This document shows positions 1 to 9,974 of a stretch of DNA of 64,000 nt, in pieces (position 1 is the stretch's first letter; each line of letters begins with the position of its first letter). The translations under genes were made by a program, and so were the position numbers. The stretch is from Porphyridium purpureum (lineage: Eukaryota): assembly GCA_008690995.1 (NCBI GenBank), contig VRMN01000003.1:124001-188000 (forward strand), read 5' to 3'. The notes below the pieces were generated by a model, which searched no databases, was not told where the DNA came from, and was given only the letters and a program-made list of their open reading frames with translations.

Positions 1-1
1 G

Positions 2-691
2 TGGAGTATCGGGCCGCGGTTGACACTTCCAGTACACGTTGACCATGAGCAGGCTCTCAGCTCTTCGATAGAGGCGGAGCGTGTAGTCCATAGTATCGTC
101 AACTCGCAGGGAGACCCCTGGACATCTGTGCGCGAATCCGAAAGGGCTTGCATCTTGGAACTGTGCGTAGTCTTCAAATCACTCGCAGCGAGGGCTCAGC
201 CACGCGCAAGAAACAGCCCCTGCAAAGTCCGTGGCATCGGCAATGGCGGAGCATTAGATCTAGTCCAGCACTTCATCCAATACGTGTACAAGAACCCAAA
301 TCTAAGCCATTCGCGCGTGGAGCTCCTGGCCGATGGACTCAAGCGCGCTGCGCTGGATGACTCTGATTTAGACCTTGTCGCAGACCATATCCGTGCCTGC
401 CTTGATGAGCAGCTTGAGCGGATTGTCTCGGCACGCGCTGGCGAGGCGCCGCCGGAATGGGTATGCTTTGCACTGATTTCGTTGTACGAACCTTTTCTGA
501 GGCTACCGCACGGCACCCTGGCACTTTGGAGCCTCGTGGATCGTGCCAAGAAACTAGCGCTCCGAGCTAATTTGCTTTCATTCCGCTTGTTCGAACTCTG
601 TGCCACCAGGAGCAGGCGGGAACATGTCAGCGCGGACGATCGACGGCTTCCTGAGACGGGAGGCGGCTGCTCTTTGAACGGTTCCAAATGA
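2..691 (+). CDS. Partial hypothetical ORF, open from the window start; may be the 3' part of a gene or a decayed sequence
   Basis: Frame is open from nt 2 to the stop at 691, with helical, protein-like composition but no recognised motif. Confidence 0.3.
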   Translation, partial: WSIGPRLTLPVHVDHEQALSSSIEAERVVHSIVNSQGDPWTSVRESERACILELCVVFKSLAARAQPRARNSPCKVRGIGNGGALDLVQHFIQYVYKNPNLSHSRVELLADGLKRAALDDSDLDLVADHIRACLDEQLERIVSARAGEAPPEWVCFALISLYEPFLRLPHGTLALWSLVDRAKKLALRANLLSFRLFELCATRSRREHVSADDRRLPETGGGCSLNGSK

Positions 692-1728
692 AGGATGGTA
701 ATGAACCGGCCTTTTTTAGATGCCGAATGTCTGGCTATCAATGCATCGCTTTACGAACATGGCCGACCGTGAAAACAATGACTGTATAGAACATGCGAAA
801 TCACTGATGGCGCTTCGTATCGCAAGCAGGTACTATGCGTTGGGCCAATTGATCAGCAAATATTACCGGCCGAATTGTCAATCATGCTATCCCTTCTCAC
901 GGAAAGCACCACGCTTCGTTTTCGACATGCTCGCACGAGCAGGCGTCGAGGAAACCAACTCAAACGGTCAAAGTAAGCTTCGCTTTTGTGTGTACTTCGA
1001 ATGCTTTGGGGCAGGGCTTGCAGCGCGAGCATCACGTCACACATCGCGAGCTTGTGGCGGCAGCTACCGCGACGATAGAGACTGTGCGCGGCGGTTCAGG
1101 CATGTCCCTTTTCCGAGGCACTTGGATTTCCCATGTGACGATGTACGTGCCGCACATGCGTGCAGTGAGTATGTGACTATGGTACAGGTCTTCGAAATCG
1201 GTTGGCCACCAGCGCGTATGGGCTTGATGTAGCGGTTTGGCTGCCTCCCGCGATATCGTGCCATGATGGTGCGCACTGACAGGCGAGCGAAAACTTGGTG
1301 ACGCGCGCAGATTCATGGCTAGGCCGGTTCCATCCGCTGCTGCTAGCTGGCCAGATGCACACTATTGCGGCCGTGCTAAAGCTGGATGACTCGCATGATG
1401 TTGAAGAGCACCACCTGTACGAAGCTACGTCGATGTCTTGGCATGCTATTACGCATCATTAAAAACCTGTTGATCTCGCGTGAGTGAATGAATAGAGGCG
1501 GCCATGGTCGAACACACGATATGGATGCACAGCTGTTTTCCGACCAGAATCAACCCGAATCGTAAATCCTCCGCTCGGCCAACATAGTTCCCAAGGACAC
1601 ACATGAGACTTTACTGCATTTTTGGTTTTGCCAAGCCAATCGAACTACTGCATCTGACACTATATGGTTTCAAAAGAAAAGAGGAGGAGCAAGAGGAGGA
1701 CTACAGTGGAGCCGTTCCGTTTCGCAGC

Positions 1729-2436
1729 TTACATTACAAGCTGCATCTGGCCGCGAATCAAACCTGCGGGAGCGCACGACGTGTGAATATTGACGTAATA
1801 GTTGGACGGGTTCTCCACCAGGTCCATCAAACTTGCGTCCTCACTGCTTGGGGGAGCTTCCGCGATCCCCATGCTCCACGGACCCATGTTCATCGTCGGG
1901 CACGGAACGCCGGGGCCACCGCAGAGGAACCACCTGGCCGGTCCCGTCGTGGATCCCTCTGACTGAATATGAATGTGCGCCACGGTGATCGGGTTCTCCT
2001 GGCACTCAGGCGTCGTATTCTGCTCAATGAAGAAAGTACCGTCAAAGTACATCGTTCCGTTCCAGATCCAGAACGAAAATTGTGCGTTCGAGGTTCCTGA
2101 AATTTCAGGAGTAGAAGAGGGGGACACCATATCAACAGCAGAAAGCATCAAGGTTGACCACAACGGAGTTGTGCTCAGGGCCTCGGTCACGCCACAGCCG
2201 CCCGGAATGATCTCGTACGCCACGCCCAGGACGTTCTCGCACAGATAATCACCACCCGGCGTGCACGAAGCCCCTGCGCACGGCAGCACTTGACACACGC
2301 CCGGCTCTGCCTGCGCGAACACGCACGAGCTAAACTCTGTGTTTTCGCAGCGGCACAGCGATGGCACCACCTGCGCCGTGGCCATGCCCACCACCGCCAG
2401 CACGGCGATCACAACTACCACTCCCACCTTGGCCAT
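1729..2436 (-). CDS. Secreted CHRD-domain protein with N-terminal Cys-rich module (copy 1)
   Basis: Signal peptide MAKVGVVVVIAVLAVVGMATA; CHRD motifs ITVAHIH...TGP and YYVNIHT..PAGLIRGQM; close paralog next door. Confidence 0.85.
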   Translation of the reverse strand: MAKVGVVVVIAVLAVVGMATAQVVPSLCRCENTEFSSCVFAQAEPGVCQVLPCAGASCTPGGDYLCENVLGVAYEIIPGGCGVTEALSTTPLWSTLMLSAVDMVSPSSTPEISGTSNAQFSFWIWNGTMYFDGTFFIEQNTTPECQENPITVAHIHIQSEGSTTGPARWFLCGGPGVPCPTMNMGPWSMGIAEAPPSSEDASLMDLVENPSNYYVNIHTSCAPAGLIRGQMQLVM

Positions 2437-3022
2437 CGTCGCAGGATTCTGATTTCCCTAGTTCACGACCCACCACTCAAGTCCAAGACCGCAGCCTTCT
2501 TCTCCTTTTCTTTGTGCTGTGGCCTCCAGCAGTCTGCGTGTCATTCGGCGACTTGCAGTTGGCCCACCTCAACTTATAGCCAAACGACGGGCTCGGCTGG
2601 TGGCCTCCAGACGGCTGCCGTAGAAGCGTTACGGCGCCATCTCCCAGTGCCAACGACGCCGTGTCCGACAGAACGCGTCCAATTTGCCAGTTTCATTCCT
2701 CCAGTCCTTTTGTTTTCAAATCATTCTGCAAAAAGCGAAAGTGTTCGCGGCAAATCGTAGGCAGCTTGTCTCATTTTCCGTACAATAAGAAAGTGGATTC
2801 GGACTTTGCCGGGCCTCGGAAGCAAACACGCTGACGTTCAGAAATGCCTGAAGAAAAGTACTCATCTTTCTTTACCTGATTCAAACGTCTGGAAGCAAAA
2901 AGATTCAGAAGGGTGCTTGCCAGAACCGACCGAAAACGAAAGTGTTCGTTATCACGGACTCACCACTGCTGGGCCTGACAATTCAGGCCTCGCAAGTCCG
3001 CACAGCCCCAACGCCTCGCTTC

Positions 3023-3727
3023 TTACATCTCCATCTGCATCTGTCCGCGGATGAGACCTGCCGGCGCGCAAGTGGTGTGAATGTTGACGTAGTACTCGGA
3101 GGGGTTCGCCAACAGTCCCGCTACGTCCGAGTCCTCATTCGCTGGTGGAGCGTTGGACACGCCCTCCTCCCAGATGCCCATGTTTGTCGTCGGGCATGGC
3201 ACACCAGGCTCACCGCAGAGGAACCACCTGGCCGGACCCGTCGTGGATCCTTCCGCCTGCTCGTGAATGTGCGCAACGGTGATCGTGTTCTCCTGGCACT
3301 CTGGCGTCGTGTTCTGCTCAATGAAGAAGGTACCCGAGAAGTAGATTGTTCCATTGTTGATCCAGAACTTGAAGTCGGCGTTCGAGTTGCCCACCGTTAC
3401 AGGGTCCGAGGCAGATACCTCATCGACAACCGAGATGAGCGTGTCCGACCACAGGGGCGAGGTGCTGATCACTTCAGTCAGCTCACAGCCTCCCGGAACA
3501 ATGACATAGCCCGGCGCTGGCGCGCTCATGCAGAGATGCTCACCAGTTGGCGAGCAGGTGGCGCCCGCGCACGGGAACACCTGGCACACACCTGGCTCGG
3601 CCTGTGCAAACACGCACTGAGAGAACTCAGTGTTCTCGCAGCGGCAGGCAGTCGGAGCGTGCGCAGCGGCCGCCAAGCCCACGAGCATCAGTACGCCCGC
3701 GGCGAACAACATCCCATGCTTCGCCAT
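3023..3727 (-). CDS. Secreted CHRD-domain protein with N-terminal Cys-rich module (copy 2)
   Basis: Signal peptide; ITVAHIH and YYVNIHTTCAPAGLIRGQM; collinear with 1729-2436. Confidence 0.85.
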   Translation of the reverse strand: MAKHGMLFAAGVLMLVGLAAAAHAPTACRCENTEFSQCVFAQAEPGVCQVFPCAGATCSPTGEHLCMSAPAPGYVIVPGGCELTEVISTSPLWSDTLISVVDEVSASDPVTVGNSNADFKFWINNGTIYFSGTFFIEQNTTPECQENTITVAHIHEQAEGSTTGPARWFLCGEPGVPCPTTNMGIWEEGVSNAPPANEDSDVAGLLANPSEYYVNIHTTCAPAGLIRGQMQMEM

Positions 3728-3855
3728 CTTGATCTTACAATTTGGATCTTCACCTACTCTACTCTCCTTGCTTCTACCTCTGCCCTTTCCGTCCCTTCTC
3801 TGCAGCTTCTACCTCTCCATCTCAGTCTAGCGCAGAAACCAGGCGACGACTTCGG

Positions 3856-3865
3856 CTTTATATAG
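3856..3865 (-). promoter_or_regulatory. Putative TATA box (TATATAAAG on the minus strand) upstream of CHRD copy 2
   Basis: About 130 nt upstream of the ATG, followed by a purine-rich leader. Confidence 0.45.
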
Positions 3866-4711
3866 GCGAGCCTGAGGCATGTCTCGGCATCGATCTGGAC
3901 GCCAACGGTAGCCTGCTTTGCATCTGCGCGCGTCCATGGGACCACCAGCATCGCGCAAATGCGACTGCGGGCGTGGACACGCGCCTGCTGCGCGCCAGGA
4001 AAATCTGGGCTGTAATGCTGCATCAGCTTCTACGCCCGCGGAACATGCCTGCCACCGTCACTCGCACACGCGCCGAATGTGCACGCTACACACGCGCCAG
4101 ATCACGCACCAGCAGCAGCACAACGGCGGCCGTGATCGTATGTGCGCATTCGATCGATGGACGCGCGTGTTCTGTCCACTCTGGAAACCACCGCGCTTCA
4201 TTTTTCGAACGCCACTTGGACGCCACAACCACGTTCCAACGCTCGCGTGGACAAAATCTTAATCGATGTACCAAGCCCCCTTTTCTCCCTCCTGGCGAAA
4301 AATTAAACGAAAAAAATTACGCCTGGCAATTAAACACGGCTGGAAATTTTGAGTTATTTTTGGCAGACAGTTGAATCGCACAAAGAAGGGTAAAAAGAAG
4401 ACACACGCGAACATGATCACTTGGGATGCGGTAACACCCCACAGGGATTGGGATCCAGCTGATCGCGGTATAGGGGTGAGAGCGAGTGTGAGCGAGTGAG
4501 GCTGGCGGTTTTATTTGCGTTCCGCAGATTCGCTGTGTGCGTGTTCGTGTTCGTTCGACTATGTGGAACACTCTGCGCAAGGGGAGCGAGCTGGTCACGC
4601 AAGATCAGGTCACTTCCACACGCGCGCACCACAAGGCATCCAGCGTCCGCGTTTCAAACATGCGGGACGCGCATTACACGCATTACAGCCGCCGCGCGGC
4701 GCGGCACACCG

Positions 4712-6205
4712 TTACACCCGTCGCCGCGCCGGAAGAACTTCTTCCTCCGTGTCAATAGGCGCACGCGGAAACCCGCCCAGCGCAGTGTTCGCCCTTGGAA
4801 GCACAAACTTGGCTCGCAGCCCACGCTCCTCCCTTGGGCCGCCGGCTCGAGAAAAATCGCGCATGATCGTGTCAGCCAGCTCTATCCCGCTCATGGCCGC
4901 GCTCTCCATCGACGCCTGCTGTCCGAGCCAGTCGCCACACACTCCCACTTTGACGGCGCCATCCCATATGCACCGCTCCTCGGCGAGATAATTTAGCGGA
5001 ACTGCTGCGCCCCAGAGCTGTGCGCGCACAAAACAAGGAGTCAAGGAACCGGGCGCTCGCGCTAGGGCTCTCTCAAATGCAGAGAGCAACTCCTTGACGA
5101 CGATCGCCGCTGTTTCGTCCGGGACGGCCTCCTGCGGCACTTTAAACTTGGTTGCAAATGCCGGAGTGGACAGCAATGTCCAGCATTCGGCGACGCCGCC
5201 CGTACCAGCGTCGCCGTCTTCATGAAGTGGCTGCAGCAGCTTCTTCGAATTGTTCGAAACCCAGGCTAGGGCAGGACAGTCCGGGATGAAGGCGCCCTCG
5301 AAATCAGCAGCGACAGGCTGCTCAAAGGCAACCAGCACTGACCACAGTGAGCTCATCTGCATCTTACTGTTTTTCTCCTCGCGTGCAGAGCAGGTGAACA
5401 GTGTGCGGAGGAAGCGCTGGATATGAGGGATATGCGCCGTCCCAACCAGTCGGTCGGCGCATTTTCCGTTGTGGGCGATGACAACCGCATCGTACACGCC
5501 CATGGCCGCGCCTTCCTTGGCCTTGTGGCGATTTCGGAACAATTTCCACGCTCCCGCTGCATCCTCATCCCTCTGCATCACCGAGACCCAGGCAGGACGT
5601 CGAATGTTCAGCTTCTGACTCAATGCGGAGCTAATGGCCCCAATGCCGCGAGTTCCAATGTAGTATGGCGGTGCGCAATGAAGTGAAGCATCACTGCGCT
5701 TGCCGTTGCTCAGAGAAACCACTGCTGCCTCGCCCCATTCGCGCAAGACGCCAAGACGCTTCCACTCGTCCACATAGGCCTGCAAACGTCGATTGCCATG
5801 CGAAACCGTGAAAAACTGAGCCGCGTGATCTACCACCATGGATGCGCCCTTGACCGTCACCGCTCGACTGGACGCGCGCCCGCCTACATTGTGCACGCCA
5901 GTGTCAAACACTTCTACATCCATATCGAGCGCGTTCTGCTCATTCGCTTGACGCACAAGTTCCGTTGCGCACATCAGGCCGGAGATTCCACCGCCAAGGA
6001 TCGCCACCCGGATCCGCTTCCGCGGTAGGGGCGGCGTGAGCGATGGCCCGTCATGCTCTGCGTGGACTGTGCCATTCATCCGGACGGTCACGCGTCGCGT
6101 ATCGACCGCCGACGGGCATTTTCGCGCAAAGGATTGCACCTGCGCTCTCGTCCAGTTCCGCGGGGGGCCCGCGGGCGTGCGCACATGCAGGACAAACGCC
6201 GCCAT
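4712..6205 (-). CDS. Renalase-like FAD/NAD(P)-dependent oxidoreductase, probably plastid-targeted
   Basis: Rossmann motif RVAILGGGISG, GGRASSR, DHAAQFF, C-terminal CGDW; first ATG gives a MAAFV transit-peptide-like start. Confidence 0.85.
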   Translation of the reverse strand: MAAFVLHVRTPAGPPRNWTRAQVQSFARKCPSAVDTRRVTVRMNGTVHAEHDGPSLTPPLPRKRIRVAILGGGISGLMCATELVRQANEQNALDMDVEVFDTGVHNVGGRASSRAVTVKGASMVVDHAAQFFTVSHGNRRLQAYVDEWKRLGVLREWGEAAVVSLSNGKRSDASLHCAPPYYIGTRGIGAISSALSQKLNIRRPAWVSVMQRDEDAAGAWKLFRNRHKAKEGAAMGVYDAVVIAHNGKCADRLVGTAHIPHIQRFLRTLFTCSAREEKNSKMQMSSLWSVLVAFEQPVAADFEGAFIPDCPALAWVSNNSKKLLQPLHEDGDAGTGGVAECWTLLSTPAFATKFKVPQEAVPDETAAIVVKELLSAFERALARAPGSLTPCFVRAQLWGAAVPLNYLAEERCIWDGAVKVGVCGDWLGQQASMESAAMSGIELADTIMRDFSRAGGPREERGLRAKFVLPRANTALGGFPRAPIDTEEEVLPARRRV

Positions 6206-6261
6206 GTCGTTTCTTTCCCTCTCTGCCACTTTCTGAACTTCAGTCACCCTTTAGTCATGTT

Positions 6262-7929
6262 CTAAATGCCGAGATAGACAACGTTATTTTTTGAGCCATA
6301 CCCATCAGGTTCAGCATCCACGTCGACGTCATACCACCGATTCGACTGGTCCACAACAAATTTGTACGACAACTCGCCTGGCGGAAGCCCCATGCCCAGC
6401 GTCCACGCACCGTCGTCTGCATTCTGACGCATGGGGACCGGCTTCCACTCTGTGAAACTACCTACCAGCTGCACCGTCGAGGCCTTGGTCTTGTCCCAGC
6501 GAAACTCGTGAAATATCTTACCAACTGCGATGAGATTGTTCTGATTGAAACCAGAGGTGTACGGCAAGGTGACGTCAATGAACCAATTTCCGTCGACGAT
6601 AAATTTGACCTCGTATCTCCCCGGGGGCAGCGGAAGTTTCAAGCTGTGTACACTAGCGCCCTGCGCGGACTGCGCGCCGACGCCAGGCGACATTTTATGC
6701 TTCCCCTGCCAGCCGTCAAATGATCCTGTCAAAAGCACTTCGCGAGCGCTCGTTTTATCCCAGCAAAAGCTGGCCTCAAAGACACCCACGCGCAGCACGT
6801 TGTTCTCATTGCCGTAGGGATCGCGACGCCTCTCCTGCTTCGGGTCACATGTCCAGACGTCGTCGACAATAAACTTGCACGAATACACGCCCGGGCAGAG
6901 CACGAGATTTGCGCTCCAGACTCCAGGCGATGCTTCAATGAGCGGAATGCGCTGCGTCCACTTTGAAAATGAACCGACGATAAGCACAGATCTGTGCTTC
7001 TCGGGATCCAAAAAGGTCACGGGACACGAAATGGCAGCGTCTGGCGCTGCATTCGTACCATGCCTCGGTCGCGGCTTTGCGTCTGGACTAGGCACCGGCA
7101 GCGAAGCAGACAGGCGTTCGGATGCCGCGCGCAGATCGTCCTCCTTGCGCGCTTGTCGAGGCCCCGTGGAGTCGCTCGCACCACAGATGACATGAGAAGT
7201 CGGGTCCACAATCTCAATGATCCTTTTGCTGCGACAAGGTCGCGAGCGAGCGCGAGAGTTCAAGCTCCTGCGACCCCGACTGCTTGTGCTCCTCCCGCTT
7301 TCGCTGTTGCGCTCAGATACGTCGTCGGCAACGTCCTTGTTTGATGCTGCGTTTGCCGTGAGCCGATCGAGGATGGAATTTCTTCGAGCAGTCGTATCGG
7401 CTGCATCCTTTTCCAGAGCTGCGCGCGTCTCGACCACTTCCTTCGGCATGAAGTAGTAGCCGCGACTCTGGTTGCTCATGACATCCCAAGGAGCGAGCTG
7501 CTGGTGCGGCACGCTAGGCTGCAGCGGCTGCGGACACTGCGGCGCATCCGGGAACAAGGGATCCTCCGGCGTAATATCGGAAAAATCGGTCATCGACGAG
7601 TCCCTCGAGCTGAATGCCATTCCCGAACTGGGGCCGCCGTTCTTCAAGGATGAGCAAGCGGAGAGTTCCCGAGCCATACTCGAGCCCATCGGCCGCGGCA
7701 CGTTTGGCAGCGGGGGCTGGGACCGCGCTCCGTCTGCGCCGCTCACATCCCAGGACGCAAACGCACCGTCGAGAACCGAGCATGACCGCGAGTCGCCCAG
7801 TGTCATTGAGGGAACGGCGGCGTCCGCATCGCGCGGCGCGTCGAGGTGAGGCGACAGCAGCCTGGTCATCTCCGTGCACCCGGTCGAGCGCGTGCTTCTG
7901 ACGCTGTGGCTGCTACTTGATCGCTCCAT
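6262..7929 (-). CDS. Protein with three tandem CBM48 (AMPK-beta-like glycogen/starch-binding) domains and a Ser-rich N-terminus
   Basis: Three copies of GSFxxW...LxPGxYxxKF(I/V)VD..W...NN; first ATG at 7929. Confidence 0.85.
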   Translation of the reverse strand: MERSSSSHSVRSTRSTGCTEMTRLLSPHLDAPRDADAAVPSMTLGDSRSCSVLDGAFASWDVSGADGARSQPPLPNVPRPMGSSMARELSACSSLKNGGPSSGMAFSSRDSSMTDFSDITPEDPLFPDAPQCPQPLQPSVPHQQLAPWDVMSNQSRGYYFMPKEVVETRAALEKDAADTTARRNSILDRLTANAASNKDVADDVSERNSESGRSTSSRGRRSLNSRARSRPCRSKRIIEIVDPTSHVICGASDSTGPRQARKEDDLRAASERLSASLPVPSPDAKPRPRHGTNAAPDAAISCPVTFLDPEKHRSVLIVGSFSKWTQRIPLIEASPGVWSANLVLCPGVYSCKFIVDDVWTCDPKQERRRDPYGNENNVLRVGVFEASFCWDKTSAREVLLTGSFDGWQGKHKMSPGVGAQSAQGASVHSLKLPLPPGRYEVKFIVDGNWFIDVTLPYTSGFNQNNLIAVGKIFHEFRWDKTKASTVQLVGSFTEWKPVPMRQNADDGAWTLGMGLPPGELSYKFVVDQSNRWYDVDVDAEPDGYGSKNNVVYLGI

Positions 7930-7972
7930 GCTCGCGGCACCGGCGGTTCCGGCCGTTCGCCACCGTACCGGA

Positions 7973-8063
7973 CACCGCACCGCCCACCTCACACCGTTTC
8001 CACGACGCGCGCACCCACCGCACCGCCCACCTCACACCGTTCCACGACGCGCGCCACCCACCG
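7973..8063. repeat. ~43-bp tandem duplication upstream of the CBM48 gene
   Basis: caccgcaccgcccacctcacaccgtt(t)ccacgacgcgcgc occurs at 7973 and 8016. Confidence 0.8.
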
Positions 8064-8806
8064 CGCGCGCCATGTCACGCAAACGACCGTGCTTTCTCAC
8101 CTGCGTGAGATTTTTTTTCTTCCCCCTTTCCCATTTTTCGCCTCCGGTTTGTTCCATGCTTCTTTTCCGATTGCGTGGAATGGGCGTGAAGATAGATTCG
8201 TTCATTTCTTCAATCATTCCGAGCGTCGATCTGGAGGGTGTACAGTTTCGTGTGCGCGCCGTGGTGTACACCGCGCGGCTCTGTCCCGAGTCCGGCCCGC
8301 GATCTGCGTTCGAAAAAGCCGTATCGCGCGAATTCTGTTGTGCGCCTCGCGCGTGTGTGTCCCGCTTGGCACACGACACGTATACACAAACACACACAAA
8401 CGCACGTACCAAAAAACACAGACATCCTCTTGATGTCGACGTGATATCAGCTGCGCAGCGCGTTTTTGCGGCACGTTGCTGTCGGGCCGGTCTTTCTGCA
8501 CTTACGTGTCTGTTCTTAGCGCTGCTGCTTCTGTTTTGCCTGGGCTTGCACGGCGTTCGATCGCGGCAGCATACGGTCTTGGGGACAAGCCCAACTTTCT
8601 CCACACTCAAGAGCCAAAATAGGTGTGTCGGACACGCAGAGTTGGTGGTACATCGGTTCGCAACAGCGAGCAAGCGACCGGCCTTGACTTCTCGCGTGCG
8701 GAAGGAGCGCGCATGTTAGGACAGACGGCAGTGGCGGTGCGACGCAGCAACTCAGGCCACCGAACGGAAGCGCGACGCGGGCGCGCCGAACCAGGAGAAC
8801 CCGAGC

Positions 8807-9811
8807 ATGGCCGTCGTTCGGCCCGCGGCCGCAAACGTGTTTGACTTTGAGCGGAGCGCGTCAAGAAGCTCGACTTCGACGACCAATGCGTGCCACGTGT
8901 GCTTCGATTCTCGAGAGACCGCCGTGCTCTCGCCGTGCCTGCACGAGCTGTGCCTGAGCTGCGTCGCGCAGCTCATTCGGCCAGAGTGTCCATTCTGTCG
9001 CACGCCACTCACCAGCGTCACGAGTAGCGCGGCGTCTGCGCCATCATGCACGTACGCAGCGCTACGAAATTCAAGGCTGGAGCGCGACCTCGTGCAGTAT
9101 CGCAACGTTCTCCAGGTCGTGCTCGTGGGGACGGACACTGCCAAAATGAAGACGCTAGCGCGCAAGCTGTGCCAAGCGTACCGCCTTGAAAACATTCCCG
9201 AAAGCCTGCCCGATGAACTGCTGCTTGCGGGCGCCGGATCTTCAAACTGCAGTCGCTTTCTTCCGAACGCCCGCGTGCGCAACGCTCTGGTGCGGTTCTG
9301 CGTGGTTCCGACCGTCTCAAGCGCGAGCGAGCACCGGCCCGACCTGATCCTTTTATGCGGGGGGCTGAATCAGGGCCAGTTTGACCGTCTGACCGAAATT
9401 GATACGTTCCTCAGTACGTCATGTGCTGGCGTACCGAGGCTGTGGGCGTTCATCGCCAGCCCAGAAAAAGACGAGTACCCGAACTCGCTGCTTCTGCTGA
9501 AGCAGTTCCAGCAAATCATGCTTGCAAACGACCCTGCGCTGCGGCCGCACGGCTACCAGGTTGTGTACCCTGCGGTGCAGTTTCTGCGCTCGGTCACTGC
9601 GTTCATCAGCACACTTGTGTCCGCCGCGTACCAGCACGCGCGCGTGTGCCGGGCGCCGCAGGATTCTTTCCAGACGCGTCTCGACGACCGCATGGAGCTC
9701 CGACCCGGCAGCGACCGCTTTCTCAGCCTGCCCACATGGCTACGTCGCAAGGGCAACACCAGCAGCAGCGGCTACAACCATGGCACCTCGACTCATTTCG
9801 CAAACTCGTAG
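8807..9811 (+). CDS. C3HC4 RING-finger protein with a degenerate small-GTPase-like C-terminal domain
   Basis: CHVC...PCLHELCLSC...CPFC RING; downstream VVLVG, PDLILLC and CAGVP segments resemble Rho-family strands. Confidence 0.75.
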   Translation: MAVVRPAAANVFDFERSASRSSTSTTNACHVCFDSRETAVLSPCLHELCLSCVAQLIRPECPFCRTPLTSVTSSAASAPSCTYAALRNSRLERDLVQYRNVLQVVLVGTDTAKMKTLARKLCQAYRLENIPESLPDELLLAGAGSSNCSRFLPNARVRNALVRFCVVPTVSSASEHRPDLILLCGGLNQGQFDRLTEIDTFLSTSCAGVPRLWAFIASPEKDEYPNSLLLLKQFQQIMLANDPALRPHGYQVVYPAVQFLRSVTAFISTLVSAAYQHARVCRAPQDSFQTRLDDRMELRPGSDRFLSLPTWLRRKGNTSSSGYNHGTSTHFANS

Positions 9812-9974
9812 ATAGAATATGAATAAGGCATTACACTGTCATCTGAATTGAATTCCCATGCCATTGTCATCTTGCGTGCGCGATGCCAGCACCTGGTGGT
9901 GGCAACCACCCGCGAACAGGTCGAGCCGAGCGCAGCGCGTCGTGAGAAGTTGTTGCAGCAGTAGCAGCGGCACG

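Noticed and set aside
2942..4374. Plus-strand ORFs of 307 and 210 aa
   Set aside because: Antisense to the CHRD gene and its promoter
7874..8719. 281-aa plus-strand ORF and 213-aa minus-strand ORF
   Set aside because: Low-complexity divergent promoter region; non-ATG starts and no protein-like features
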